Sequence record: SRR2962707_2250
Direction: 5' to 3' (one strand)
DNA: 64,000 nucleotides
The position numbers and the translations under genes were made by a program. The notes under the pieces are model-generated. The model did not search any database. It saw nothing but the letters and a program-made list of their open reading frames with translations, and was not told the origin of the DNA. This document shows, one piece after another, positions 9,670-19,809 of the stretch (position 1 is the first letter of the stretch; the number at the start of each line of letters is the position of its first letter).

Positions 9670-11582
9670 TCAGCACATCAGCATTACGCACTCATCTGAT
9701 TACCATTATGGCATCATCGATGGTGGTTGCCTGTATTCTTTGGAATCTTGAGGCACCGACCCGGTTGGGCTTTGCCCTGTTACCACAGCAATATATGGCA
9801 TTCCAACTTGGTCTGGCTTTGACCATCACCTATTTGAAATTCGGTTTTCAGGGTGAGGAAAAGTCAAACATTGGTTGGTTCCACGGCACCGTCGCCGCAG
9901 CGATATTTGCTGTTTTAATGTACGCCGCCATTGATTTCGTGTGGCTTCTGAAAGAACAGGCTTATCGTCCGTGGCAAATCACGCTTATTGGTGCGGTTGT
10001 TACATTGGCCGTTGTCGAAGGCATTCGCCGCCGCACCGGCTGGATGCTGTTTGGCATCGTCGTCGTCTTCATGATCTATTCGCTGTTTGCCGACAAAGTT
10101 CCCGGCCAATTGATCGGCAAGGCGCTGACGATTGAACGATTGGTGCAATATATCGGCTTTGATCCCAATGCGGTGTTTTCGACCCCGCTTGCGGTCGGCA
10201 CAATCATCGTGATGTTGTTTGTCTTCTTTGGCAAACTGTTGTTTGCCGCAGGTGGTGGTAACTTCTTTACCGATCTTGCCATGGCGGCAACCGGCCGTTC
10301 GCGCGGCGGCAGTGCAAAAATTTCGGTCGTTGGTTCGGCCTTGTTTGGCTCGATCTCCGGCAGTGCCGTTTCCAACGTTGTCACCACCGGTGTTGTCACA
10401 ATTCCTCTGATGCAGCGTGGTGGCTATACCAAACGTGATGCTGGTGCGATTGAAGCTGTGGCATCAACCGGGGGACAGTTAACCCCGCCAATCATGGGGG
10501 CTGCGGCCTTTTTGATGGCCGAGTTTCTTGATATTTCCTATTTCACGGTTGCCGCTGCCGCACTGATCCCAGCAGCTCTTTATTACCTGAGCGTCTTTAC
10601 GCAGGTTGATCTGATCGCTGGCCGCGACAACATCCAACCGGCCGATGCCGAAACCATGACAGTTCGTCAGGTTCTCAAAGAAGGCTGGCACTTTATCATT
10701 CCGTTCGCAGTCCTCCTTGCCGGTCTGTTCTGGTGGCGGATGGATCCGGAAGATTCAGCCCTTATGGCCGCTGTTGCCATTGTGGTTGTCGGGTTTGTGC
10801 GCGGATATCGCGGATATCGTCTGACCCCAAAAATGCTGGGCCGTACCTTTATCGAGACTGGCACCGGCATGGTCGATCTGATCCTTGTCGTTGCTGCAGC
10901 CGGCTTTGTTATCGGCATCCTGAACATTACCGGCCTTGGCTTTGCCTTGACTCTGGTACTGGTTGATGCGGTTGGATCGAACGCCTTCTTGCTGTTGGCC
11001 ATTTCGGCGGTAATTTGCGTAATCCTTGGCATGGGTATGCCGACATCGGGCGTTTATGTGCTGCTTGCTGCCCTTGTCGCACCATCACTGGTCGAAGCCG
11101 GGATCGAACCCATCGCAGCCCATCTGTTCATCCTGTATTTCGGCATGATGTCCATGATCACCCCACCGGTGGCACTTGCAGCATTTGCAGCAGCAACCAT
11201 CACCGAGGATGATCCATTGGCAACCGGCCTGGCATCGATGCGCATTGGTTGGGCTGCCTTCATCCTTCCCTTCATCTTTGTCGCAACACCGGCAATCCTG
11301 ATGCAGGGCGACTGGATTGATATCACCGTCAATTTCGGTCTTGCGGTTGTTGGTGTGATCGCTGTTACCGCCGGGATTGTCGGGTACTGGTCGCGTGGTC
11401 TTGGCCCTGTCCTTCGCATTGGCTTTACCGCAGTGGGCTTCTTGGCCATGCCACTCGGCTTCTTGCCGGACGCCTTCAACATGGAACTTCACATCGTCGC
11501 AGCCATTGCCGCCATCTTGCTTGCGGTCGGACTGCGTATTCAGGGTGCACATAAAAACGAACTGAAATCAGGAGGAAACTGA
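9666..11582 (+). CDS. TRAP transporter fused 4TM/12TM permease (TAXI type)
   Basis: GSISGSAVSNV, EAVASTGGQLTPPIMG, LGMGMPT and SMITPPVALA motifs. Confidence 0.92.
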   Translation: MISTSALRTHLITIMASSMVVACILWNLEAPTRLGFALLPQQYMAFQLGLALTITYLKFGFQGEEKSNIGWFHGTVAAAIFAVLMYAAIDFVWLLKEQAYRPWQITLIGAVVTLAVVEGIRRRTGWMLFGIVVVFMIYSLFADKVPGQLIGKALTIERLVQYIGFDPNAVFSTPLAVGTIIVMLFVFFGKLLFAAGGGNFFTDLAMAATGRSRGGSAKISVVGSALFGSISGSAVSNVVTTGVVTIPLMQRGGYTKRDAGAIEAVASTGGQLTPPIMGAAAFLMAEFLDISYFTVAAAALIPAALYYLSVFTQVDLIAGRDNIQPADAETMTVRQVLKEGWHFIIPFAVLLAGLFWWRMDPEDSALMAAVAIVVVGFVRGYRGYRLTPKMLGRTFIETGTGMVDLILVVAAAGFVIGILNITGLGFALTLVLVDAVGSNAFLLLAISAVICVILGMGMPTSGVYVLLAALVAPSLVEAGIEPIAAHLFILYFGMMSMITPPVALAAFAAATITEDDPLATGLASMRIGWAAFILPFIFVATPAILMQGDWIDITVNFGLAVVGVIAVTAGIVGYWSRGLGPVLRIGFTAVGFLAMPLGFLPDAFNMELHIVAAIAAILLAVGLRIQGAHKNELKSGGN

Positions 11583-11583
11583 A

Positions 11584-12558
11584 ATGAACAAACTTGGCAA
11601 AGCACTATCCATCGGACTATTTGGTCTTTCAATCGGTGCAAGTGCAGCATCTGCACAGGTCGTGACCGTTGCAACTGGCGCACAAGGATCCCTTGCCTAC
11701 AATTCCGGGCAGGCTGTCGCCAAGGTTGCCAATGATGTCGGCATCACAGCCCGTACGCAGCCGCTGGTTGGCTATCTTCCGTTGATTAATTCCGGCGAAG
11801 TTGATTTCGGTTTTTCCAATGGTGTTGAAGCTGAATATGCCTATTCCGGCACAGGAAACTATGACCGCACCAATGGTAATATGCGCCTTGTCGGCACCAT
11901 GTTCCCGCTGACCACCGGCCTGATGGCGGCATGTGATCTTGGCCTGAAGTCGGTTGATGATCTGAAAGACAAGGCAAGCGAACTTCGCATTGCATCCGAA
12001 TATACATCTTCGACCATCATCCCATATTACATCATGGGTGGTTTGGCCAATGCCGGGCTTAAATACGAAGATTTTCAGATGGTTCCTGTGGCCAGCTTTG
12101 TTGCCGGGATCGATGCACTGGGCGATGGTTTGGTTGATATCGCCCTTGTCAGTCTGAATGCCGGTGCCGGTCAGCAGGCCAGTGTAAAACTTCAGGACCG
12201 TGGCGGTCTTTGCTACATCTCTCTTGATGATTCCGTTATTGGCATGTCCTTATTCAAAGGCTTCCTGCCAGCTGGCGACATCGTCAACTTCAAACAGAAT
12301 GAAAAGATCAATGGCCTGCAAGGTTACGACGTAAACCTGATGCAGATCCCATGGGTACTGATGACGAATGCCGATGTGAGCGATGAGCTTGTTTACAATC
12401 TGACCAAAGCCATTGCCGAAGGCCGTGATGCGCTTAAGGCAAGCTTTGGTGCTTTTGCCGGTGCAAAGCCGGAGAAAATGGCACCGAAAAACATTATGCC
12501 ATATCACCCAGGTGCTTTGAAATATTTTGAAGAAGCTGGCATTCCGGTCGGTAAATAA
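11584..12558 (+). CDS. TAXI-family TRAP solute receptor
   Basis: Signal peptide, VATGAQGS, LVYNLTKA and PYHPGALKYF motifs. Confidence 0.9.
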   Translation: MNKLGKALSIGLFGLSIGASAASAQVVTVATGAQGSLAYNSGQAVAKVANDVGITARTQPLVGYLPLINSGEVDFGFSNGVEAEYAYSGTGNYDRTNGNMRLVGTMFPLTTGLMAACDLGLKSVDDLKDKASELRIASEYTSSTIIPYYIMGGLANAGLKYEDFQMVPVASFVAGIDALGDGLVDIALVSLNAGAGQQASVKLQDRGGLCYISLDDSVIGMSLFKGFLPAGDIVNFKQNEKINGLQGYDVNLMQIPWVLMTNADVSDELVYNLTKAIAEGRDALKASFGAFAGAKPEKMAPKNIMPYHPGALKYFEEAGIPVGK

Positions 12559-12641
12559 CAGACCCAATAAAGGCAGCACCTGACCATCGCAGTATCGGTG
12601 CTGCCGTTTTTACCGCGCACAAGACAACAGGAACGTTTGAC

Positions 12642-13298
12642 ATGATGAAGACCATTACCGCATCGGATGGCCATACACTTAGCTGCTGGTTTGAACCAGC
12701 CGTGGGTGACCGCCGCGGCGGGATCGTTATCCTTCAGGAAATTTTTGGTGTTACCGACCAGCTTAAAGGTGTTGCTGCAAAATATGCAGCCCTTGGCTAC
12801 GAAGTCGCAATCCCAGCGCTGTTTGACCGTCAGGAACGTGATGCCGTGGTTCCGTTTGATCAGGGTCCCCGTGGTCGTGACATGATGCTGGCATCTGATC
12901 TTGAACAAACCACAACTGACATCGATGCCGCGGTTAAGGCCCTTGCCGCCAATGGTGGCAAAGTCGCTGTGATTGGTTTTTGCTGGGGTGGCGGCTTGGC
13001 CCTTCGCGCGGCGCAGGACCTTGATATCTCAGCTGGGGTTGCCTTTTATGGCACACGTCTGCCGCAATATCTTGATCGTCCGCTTAAGGCAGCTTTCCTT
13101 GGTCATTTCGGCACCAAAGACGACCATGTCCCCGCCGAAATGCTTGATGAAGCCAAGGCGTATCTTCCGGAAATGGAAATCCACATGTACGAAGCCGGGC
13201 ATGCCTTTGCCAACGACGCCCGTCTATCATATGTCGCCGATGCCGCCGATACGGCCCACGCGCGCACCAAAGACTTTTTGGCGAAACATGTTGGCTGA
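12642..13298 (+). CDS. Dienelactone hydrolase family protein
   Basis: QEIFGV, GFCWGG nucleophile motif, AGHAF. Confidence 0.9.
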   Translation: MMKTITASDGHTLSCWFEPAVGDRRGGIVILQEIFGVTDQLKGVAAKYAALGYEVAIPALFDRQERDAVVPFDQGPRGRDMMLASDLEQTTTDIDAAVKALAANGGKVAVIGFCWGGGLALRAAQDLDISAGVAFYGTRLPQYLDRPLKAAFLGHFGTKDDHVPAEMLDEAKAYLPEMEIHMYEAGHAFANDARLSYVADAADTAHARTKDFLAKHVG

Positions 13299-13414
13299 TC
13301 ACGCATAGACGTAATTCGAAGCATTACGAAAGCCACCACCATATAGCACGCCCTTAGTATCGATTTAGGGGCATGCTATATGTGACTGTTTTTCGGATTT
13401 TAACGAGGACACCG

Positions 13415-14296
13415 ATGCCCCCATCGCCGGACTATCTTCCTTTCCATCCCAATCCGTCCAAACCAGAATTTACCCTGCCGAAGGGCACGTGGGATGCACA
13501 TTGTCATGTTTTTGGGCCCGAGGTTGAATTCCCCTTTGCGTCGGAACGTAAGTATACCCCTGTAGATGCCGGCAAAGACAAGCTGTTTGAATTGCACAAG
13601 CATCTTGGCGTTGAACGTTCGGTCATCGTACAGGCGACCTGCCATGGTGCAGATAACCGTGCGCTTGTTGATGCGCTGAATGCGTCAAATGGTCGGTATC
13701 GTGGCATTGCAACAGTTCGCCCGGACGTTACCAAAGAACAACTTGATGAATTGGATGCTGCCGGTGTGCGTGGTGTTCGATTTAACTTTGTCAAACGTCT
13801 GGTGGATGACACCCCGCGCGAAGATTTCCTTCAAATCGTTGATCTGATCAAACCTTATGGCTGGCACATCGTTGTCTATTTCGAAGCCGCCGACCTTGAA
13901 GGACTTGAACAGTTCCTGATCGATATGCCGGTCACCGTCGTCATTGATCATCTTGGTCGCCCGGATGTGACCAAAGGTATTGATCATCCTGATTTCCAGC
14001 GGTTCCGCAAACTGGTCAAAGAAAACGATCATATCTGGGTCAAGGTTACGTGCCCTGAACGCCTTACCGTTGCAGGCCCCCCCTATGAAGATGTTGTTGA
14101 ATTCGGCAAAATCATTGTTGAAGAAATTCCAAATCGGGTCATTTGGGGCACCGACTGGCCTCACCCAAACATGAAAAGCCACGTCCCAGATGATGGCAAA
14201 CTGGTCGATCATATCCTGCGCGTTGCCCCGACGAAGAAGCAGCAGCAAGCTCTTTTGATCGACAATCCGACCCGACTTTACGATCCTGAAAACTAA
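13415..14296 (+). CDS. ligI: 2-pyrone-4,6-dicarboxylate lactonase (amidohydrolase_2)
   Basis: DAHCHVFGP, VQATCHG, GVRGVRFNFVKRL, IDHLGRP and WGTDWPHPN motifs; GAGG RBS before ATG 13415. Confidence 0.85.
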   Translation: MPPSPDYLPFHPNPSKPEFTLPKGTWDAHCHVFGPEVEFPFASERKYTPVDAGKDKLFELHKHLGVERSVIVQATCHGADNRALVDALNASNGRYRGIATVRPDVTKEQLDELDAAGVRGVRFNFVKRLVDDTPREDFLQIVDLIKPYGWHIVVYFEAADLEGLEQFLIDMPVTVVIDHLGRPDVTKGIDHPDFQRFRKLVKENDHIWVKVTCPERLTVAGPPYEDVVEFGKIIVEEIPNRVIWGTDWPHPNMKSHVPDDGKLVDHILRVAPTKKQQQALLIDNPTRLYDPEN

Positions 14297-14479
14297 CGGT
14301 CACAAACCTGACCAAACCACACTGCATTGGGCAAAAGCCCAGACATTTTGATCGGCGATGAGAAAACGTTTTGACGATAGATTGGTGTTTGCCCGCCAAC
14401 CTGTAGCATTCATCGCCGGTCATCCCTGGACTACCGGTTACAGCACGAACATCAGTCCAACGAATAGCAATAGCGTGCA

Positions 14480-14880
14480 ACACATGTAGCAGAGTGCGTT
14501 CTTCGTATGGTCGATCGTACTCCTCGCAGTTTTCTGCTGTCACAATTAAAACCGGCAGACTGATCTCGGCCGGCACCTTTTCATCCCGTACGATCCGAAT
14601 AGCCGCCTGCGCAGAAGCACAGGCTATCTTCATCGCATCGAAGGCAGCTGTTGCAAGCAACGTCCCCTTCTTTAACGCGACAAATGCATCTGGAACGCTG
14701 ACAACAGGGACTTTATGCCCAGCTTCTTCAAGCACCTGAATCACACCTAAAGCCATGAAGTCATTGGCGACCAAAAACCCGTCAAATTCCATCTACGCCG
14801 TAAGAGTTTTGGCGATTTCCATGTATGCATCTGTACGCTGATATTTACCAATCCACGCGCAACGATCGAGGCATTTGGAT
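14480..14880 (-). pseudogene. Remnant of an RbsB-like sugar ABC substrate-binding protein (C-terminal part only)
   Basis: ANDFMALG...GTLLATA...VTAEN motifs; upstream in-frame TAG and frameshift; no N-terminal half or signal peptide; boundaries approximate. Confidence 0.65.
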
Positions 14881-15027
14881 TGGCGGCAATCCCATCTTCA
14901 AACCAATTGGTGCGTAATAATTTTTCAGAATACTACTACGACATTAGTTATGAAAAACGGGCAGCCTGTGGGGAACAGGGCCGCCCGCTTTCATCATAAT
15001 TTTGTCCCCGAAATCAGGGACAAGAAC

Positions 15028-15750
15028 TCAGACCAGACCGCCATTTGGCTGCACAATCTGGCCCGCAATCCACGATGATTTTTCCGATGCAAGGAAGGCA
15101 ACAACTTCCCCAATTTCCTTTGGATCACCAACCCGGTTAAATGGGCTCATGCCAGCTGAACGTTGAACCGCAGCTTCGTCCTTGCCCGACCGGAACAAGT
15201 CGGTATCAACCGGCCCTGGAGCCACACCATTTACCCGTATACCGCGCCCTGCCAGTTCCTTTTGCATGGAACGCAGCAGGCATTCAACCGCTGCCTTGGT
15301 TGCACTGTATGGACCAAGACCTGGTGCGGCAAACCGAACAAGCGACGTCGTCAATCCAATGATCGTACCACCATCAGCAACATTGGCAGCGGCACCTTTC
15401 AGGATGTTATAGGCCCCGACAATATTGACTTCGACCAGATCACGGAACTTTTCGTCATCAAACTGACCAAGCGGCCCCGGTGGGACATTGATCCCCGCAT
15501 TGGCAACAACACAGCTTGGTGCACTACCAAAGTCAGATGATACTTTCCCAAACACATTCGCCACCGATTTCGGATCACGAATGTCAACCTGATAGGCTTT
15601 GATCGTTACGCCTGCCGGGGCGGGCATCGGGTCTGGCTTGCTGCTGACATAGGTCAGTGCGACGTCATATCCGTCACGTCCCAATGCTTCGACAATTGCG
15701 GCACCAATGCCACGCGACCCGCCAAATACAAGTGCTGTTTTCTTCGTCAT
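15028..15750 (-). CDS. Short-chain dehydrogenase/reductase
   Basis: GGSRGIG, NAG, YSATK and VNGVAPGPVDT motifs. Confidence 0.92.
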   Translation of the reverse strand: MTKKTALVFGGSRGIGAAIVEALGRDGYDVALTYVSSKPDPMPAPAGVTIKAYQVDIRDPKSVANVFGKVSSDFGSAPSCVVANAGINVPPGPLGQFDDEKFRDLVEVNIVGAYNILKGAAANVADGGTIIGLTTSLVRFAAPGLGPYSATKAAVECLLRSMQKELAGRGIRVNGVAPGPVDTDLFRSGKDEAAVQRSAGMSPFNRVGDPKEIGEVVAFLASEKSSWIAGQIVQPNGGLV

Positions 15751-15796
15751 GGTAAGCTTCCGTTTCCAATGAAATTCTAAGTGATCAAAGAGCCGA

Positions 15797-17275
15797 TCAC
15801 GCCGTAATTGAGACAACCCGTTCTTCGGTCAGTTCATGGATGGCGTAATGCGGTCCTTCGCGGCCAAAGCCACTGTCTTTCGAGCCGCCATAAGGCATCA
15901 GATCAACACGCGAGCTTGATGTTTCATTGACATGTACACCACCCACTTCAAGGCGGCGCACGGCGGCAAAGGCATCCGACATTCTGTTGGTGAAAATGCC
16001 ACTGGCTAGCCCATACGGCGTTGAATTCACCCGATCAAATGCTTCATCCATGGCATCAAACGGAATGATAGAGACAACCGGACCAAAGACTTCCTGACAT
16101 CCGACCCGCATGTCTGCTGATACATCCACCAGTAATGTTGGTGGAACAACCGCACCTTCGCGCGGACCGCCGACCAATTGGCGGGCACCTTTCGCGACCG
16201 CTTCCTTGATCCATTCTTCAACCCGAATGGCGGCATCAATTGTAATCAGCGGCCCCGTCACCGTGGTTTCGTTACCCGGATCGCCAAACGGAACTGCTTT
16301 GACAAGGTCGGCCATCTTCGCAACGACGTTGTCATAAACAGACCTCTGCACCAGCAGCATCTGAACCGATGTGCAAACCTGTCCCGCCTTTCTGAAACCA
16401 GCCGAAACGACCTTGGGCAAAGCCATATCAAGATCAGCATCGTCATTAATAATGGTAAAGGCGATCGATCCCAGTTCCATCTGGGTTCGACGCAAATCCG
16501 CCTTTGACTGAATGGCTCGTCCCACTTCAGTACTGCCGGTAAAGGCGATGAAGCGAACACGTTGGTCTTCCATTGCCTTGCCAACCACGCGCGCCCCGCC
16601 ATGCAGAACAGACAAAAGCCCCTTAGGCAAACCGGCCTGCAACAGTATTTTTGCCATTTTGCAGGTTGTAATCGGGGTATTGCTTGAAGGTTTAACAATA
16701 ACGGCATTGCCCGCCGCCAAGGCCGGTGCGACCTTATGCATGACGGTATTGAGCGGCGAATTAAACGGGGTTACCGCCAAAACCACGCCCAATGGCACAC
16801 GAAGCGTGAACGCCATACGATGTGATTGCCCCGGTGCGCCTGCGATGGGAACAACATCCCCGCTTAGGCGCCGGGCTTCTTCGGCGGAAAGACGCAGCGT
16901 TTGCAGACATCTAGAAATTTCGCCATTGGCATCTGATCGGGTGAAGCCTGCTTCGGCCTGAATGGTTTTGGCAAGGTCTTCGCGGTTTTCTTCGATCAAC
17001 ACGGCCGCACGTTCAAGGATCGATCCCCGTTCGTAATTGTCCGGTGCGCCACGCTTAAAGGCAGCGTGTGCGGCATCTATCATTACCGCGATCTGGTCAT
17101 CAGATGCAGAGGCCGCAACAGCAATTGGTTCTTGGGAATATTTATCCAGAACCGTCACCGCTTCAGCTGCACCTTCAACCCATTCGCCATTGATCAACAA
17201 GTGGCACGTTTCCGATGAGCTGGTCGCAGCACTATTGGCATTTATTGTGCTCAATTTCTTTTCCTTCCTCATCAT
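15797..17275 (-). CDS. Aldehyde dehydrogenase family protein
   Basis: TPFN, KPS, FTGSTEVG, MELG, GQVCTS and EVFGP motifs; start codon uncertain. Confidence 0.93.
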   Translation of the reverse strand: MMRKEKKLSTINANSAATSSSETCHLLINGEWVEGAAEAVTVLDKYSQEPIAVAASASDDQIAVMIDAAHAAFKRGAPDNYERGSILERAAVLIEENREDLAKTIQAEAGFTRSDANGEISRCLQTLRLSAEEARRLSGDVVPIAGAPGQSHRMAFTLRVPLGVVLAVTPFNSPLNTVMHKVAPALAAGNAVIVKPSSNTPITTCKMAKILLQAGLPKGLLSVLHGGARVVGKAMEDQRVRFIAFTGSTEVGRAIQSKADLRRTQMELGSIAFTIINDDADLDMALPKVVSAGFRKAGQVCTSVQMLLVQRSVYDNVVAKMADLVKAVPFGDPGNETTVTGPLITIDAAIRVEEWIKEAVAKGARQLVGGPREGAVVPPTLLVDVSADMRVGCQEVFGPVVSIIPFDAMDEAFDRVNSTPYGLASGIFTNRMSDAFAAVRRLEVGGVHVNETSSSRVDLMPYGGSKDSGFGREGPHYAIHELTEERVVSITA

Positions 17276-19809
17276 TACAACCACAGGACTTCTTTGCGGT
17301 AATCGAGATCATTCAGCAGCTTTTCAGCCGTGCATTCATGGAATACTGCCCCGTTTTCGAGCGCAAAAACCCGATCTGCCAAGGCAAGCACAAGATCAAG
17401 GTTATGCTCGACAATCAGGATCGGCAGATGTTCACGCAGCTTGTCGAGCACAAGGAAAAGTTCCTCAACAACTGTCGGGGCCAATCCTTCGAACGGCTCA
17501 TCAAGCAGAAGCAATCGGACATTGCCCGAAAGCGCACGGGCAATAGCCAGCATCTGCTGTTCACCACCAGAAAGGTAATCAGCATGGCTGGTCCGGCGTT
17601 CTTTTAAGCGCGGGAAAATTTCGTAGATTTTCTCTAGCGTCCAGACCGTGCCGTTTTCGCCATCGGTCTCGCGGGCAAGCCTGCCCAGTGCCAGATTTTC
17701 CTCAACCGTCATCCCGGCAAAAAGACCCCGCCCCTGCGGGACATATCCAACGCCCATGCGGGCGACCAAATGGGGCTCAACGCCGACAAGTTCCTGACCT
17801 TCAAAGTCAATCGAACCAGATTTTGCCGGCACCAGACCGCTGATGGTTTTTAGGAATGTTGATTTGCCCGCGCCATTGCGGCCCAGAAGGGCAACAATTT
17901 CACTATGCCCAATCTCAAGGCAGGCATCGTTAAGGATGTGACTTTTGCCATAGAAGGTATTGATGTCCGTGACTTTCAACACCGTTCCCGGTCGCGCTGC
18001 AAACGACGTTTTCATTGCCGCAATTGCTGCTGCACCAGACCCGGTATAAATCTCCTGAACATGTTCATTGGCACGGATATCAGCAGGCTTTGCCGTGACA
18101 AGGCGTTGGCCATCATTCATCACCGTGACTTCATCGGCAAAACCAAGAATACGGTCAATGTCATGTTCAACAATCAGGATCGGAATATTTTCCGCCATGG
18201 TCTGGATCAGACGACCAACACGTTCTCGCTCGGCTGCGGACAAACCTGCAAGCGGCTCATCCAAAAGCAAGATCTGCGGGCGACTTGCCAAAGCAATGCC
18301 AAGATCAACCAGCCGCTGCCCGCCATAGGACAAGTCCCCTGCCCGGATATCTTCGATCCCTTCAAGGCCAAGGAATTTGAGAAGCTCTGCCGTTTCGGCA
18401 TTGATATCGTCAAATTCATCGATATTGCGCCAGAAGTTAAACCGTGCGCTATGCTTTGCCTGTGCTGACAAGCGCAGGTTTTCTTCAATCGTCAGACCTT
18501 CGAACAGATTGGTGATCTGGAAAGACCGCGCCAAACCTGAATGACAAATTGCGGACGGGTCTTTTCCCTGAATTTCCTGTCCCAGCAAGGTAACCTTACC
18601 TGCGGTCTGGGCATGTTGCCCCGACACCAGATTAAACAGGGTCGTCTTCCCCGCCCCATTTGGTCCGATAAGTGCGTGAATTTCGCGGGGGCGCACTTTC
18701 AGACTGACATTCTGAACAGCCTTGATCCCACCGAAGTTTTTCGAAATACCCTCAACATCTAGAACAATGTCACTTGCCGGTTTGGGACGCAGATATTGCG
18801 GAAGGGTCAATCCTTCGTAAATTTTGCGCCGGCTCATCGCAGCTGTTTCTTCCGGTAGCGGCCGCCAATAACGCAGAAGTTTCTCACCCAAGCCAACAAG
18901 GCCGCCGGGCAGATACATAATGAATGCAACAAAGGTCAGGCCGAACCAGAACAGCCAGTCCGAACTCCACGCTGAAAACAGTTCGCGGAACAGAACATAG
19001 AAGACAACGCCAACGGCCGGACCAAGAATATTGGCATGCATGCCGCCAATTACGACCATCGCCAACAGTTCCCCCGACATTTCGATCGAGGTAGATTCAG
19101 CCGTCACAATGTAATGCTGGAACCCGGACAACCCGCCCGCCAAGGCCGTTACGACCGATGACAGAACAAACACAGCAAGCTTGTAACGCTGGACGTCATA
19201 ACCTTGGAAAGATGCACGTTGTTGATTTTCACGAATGGCAACCAACACATGGCCAAACGGCGATTGCACGACGCGCAGCAAAAAGCAAAGCGTTGCAAAC
19301 CCGATCACGGCGACGAAAATATAATAGTTTAGATTGTCATCAAGATTGACCGGCCCAACCATACCACGCTGCAGGCCCCCCAACCCGTCCTCGCCACCGG
19401 TCACTTCGGTCCAGCGGAACGCGATAGAGAAAGTCAAAGCCGACAAGGCCAAGGTCATCAGAGCGAAATAGACCCCGCGACGACGCAACATCAATGCACC
19501 AATAACGGCTGACAAGACCCCGACGAAAACCATCCCGAACAACAATGGCAGAATGATCTGATCGTTAAACCAATAGCGTTGTGCCAATGCCGCAGCATAG
19601 GCACCGATCCCGAACCAGGCGGCATGCCCAAATGAGACAAGCCCAGTATAGCCCATCATCATATTCAGGCCGAGGGCGGCAATGGCAAGTGCAACAACCA
19701 TGGTCGCCGCACTAAGCGTCAACCCGATCATTGGCAAAACAATCGGAAGAATGACCAGGGCAGCAAACCCGATCAGCAATGTACGTGATTTCAACATCAT
19801 TTTTATCAT
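17275..19809 (-). CDS. Liv-type ABC transporter fusion: permease (LivM) plus two ATPase domains (LivG, LivF)
   Basis: N-terminal TM domain with GGEDG; two Walker A motifs (GPNGAGKT, GRNGAGKS), two signatures (LSYGGQ, LSGGEQ), two LLDEP. Confidence 0.92.
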   Translation of the reverse strand: MIKMMLKSRTLLIGFAALVILPIVLPMIGLTLSAATMVVALAIAALGLNMMMGYTGLVSFGHAAWFGIGAYAAALAQRYWFNDQIILPLLFGMVFVGVLSAVIGALMLRRRGVYFALMTLALSALTFSIAFRWTEVTGGEDGLGGLQRGMVGPVNLDDNLNYYIFVAVIGFATLCFLLRVVQSPFGHVLVAIRENQQRASFQGYDVQRYKLAVFVLSSVVTALAGGLSGFQHYIVTAESTSIEMSGELLAMVVIGGMHANILGPAVGVVFYVLFRELFSAWSSDWLFWFGLTFVAFIMYLPGGLVGLGEKLLRYWRPLPEETAAMSRRKIYEGLTLPQYLRPKPASDIVLDVEGISKNFGGIKAVQNVSLKVRPREIHALIGPNGAGKTTLFNLVSGQHAQTAGKVTLLGQEIQGKDPSAICHSGLARSFQITNLFEGLTIEENLRLSAQAKHSARFNFWRNIDEFDDINAETAELLKFLGLEGIEDIRAGDLSYGGQRLVDLGIALASRPQILLLDEPLAGLSAAERERVGRLIQTMAENIPILIVEHDIDRILGFADEVTVMNDGQRLVTAKPADIRANEHVQEIYTGSGAAAIAAMKTSFAARPGTVLKVTDINTFYGKSHILNDACLEIGHSEIVALLGRNGAGKSTFLKTISGLVPAKSGSIDFEGQELVGVEPHLVARMGVGYVPQGRGLFAGMTVEENLALGRLARETDGENGTVWTLEKIYEIFPRLKERRTSHADYLSGGEQQMLAIARALSGNVRLLLLDEPFEGLAPTVVEELFLVLDKLREHLPILIVEHNLDLVLALADRVFALENGAVFHECTAEKLLNDLDYRKEVLWL

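Noticed and set aside
14139-14792. 217-aa ORF as an intact gene
   Set aside because: Only its first ~100 residues look SBP-like; the rest is read-through that overlaps ligI on the opposite strand. Treated as a pseudogene.
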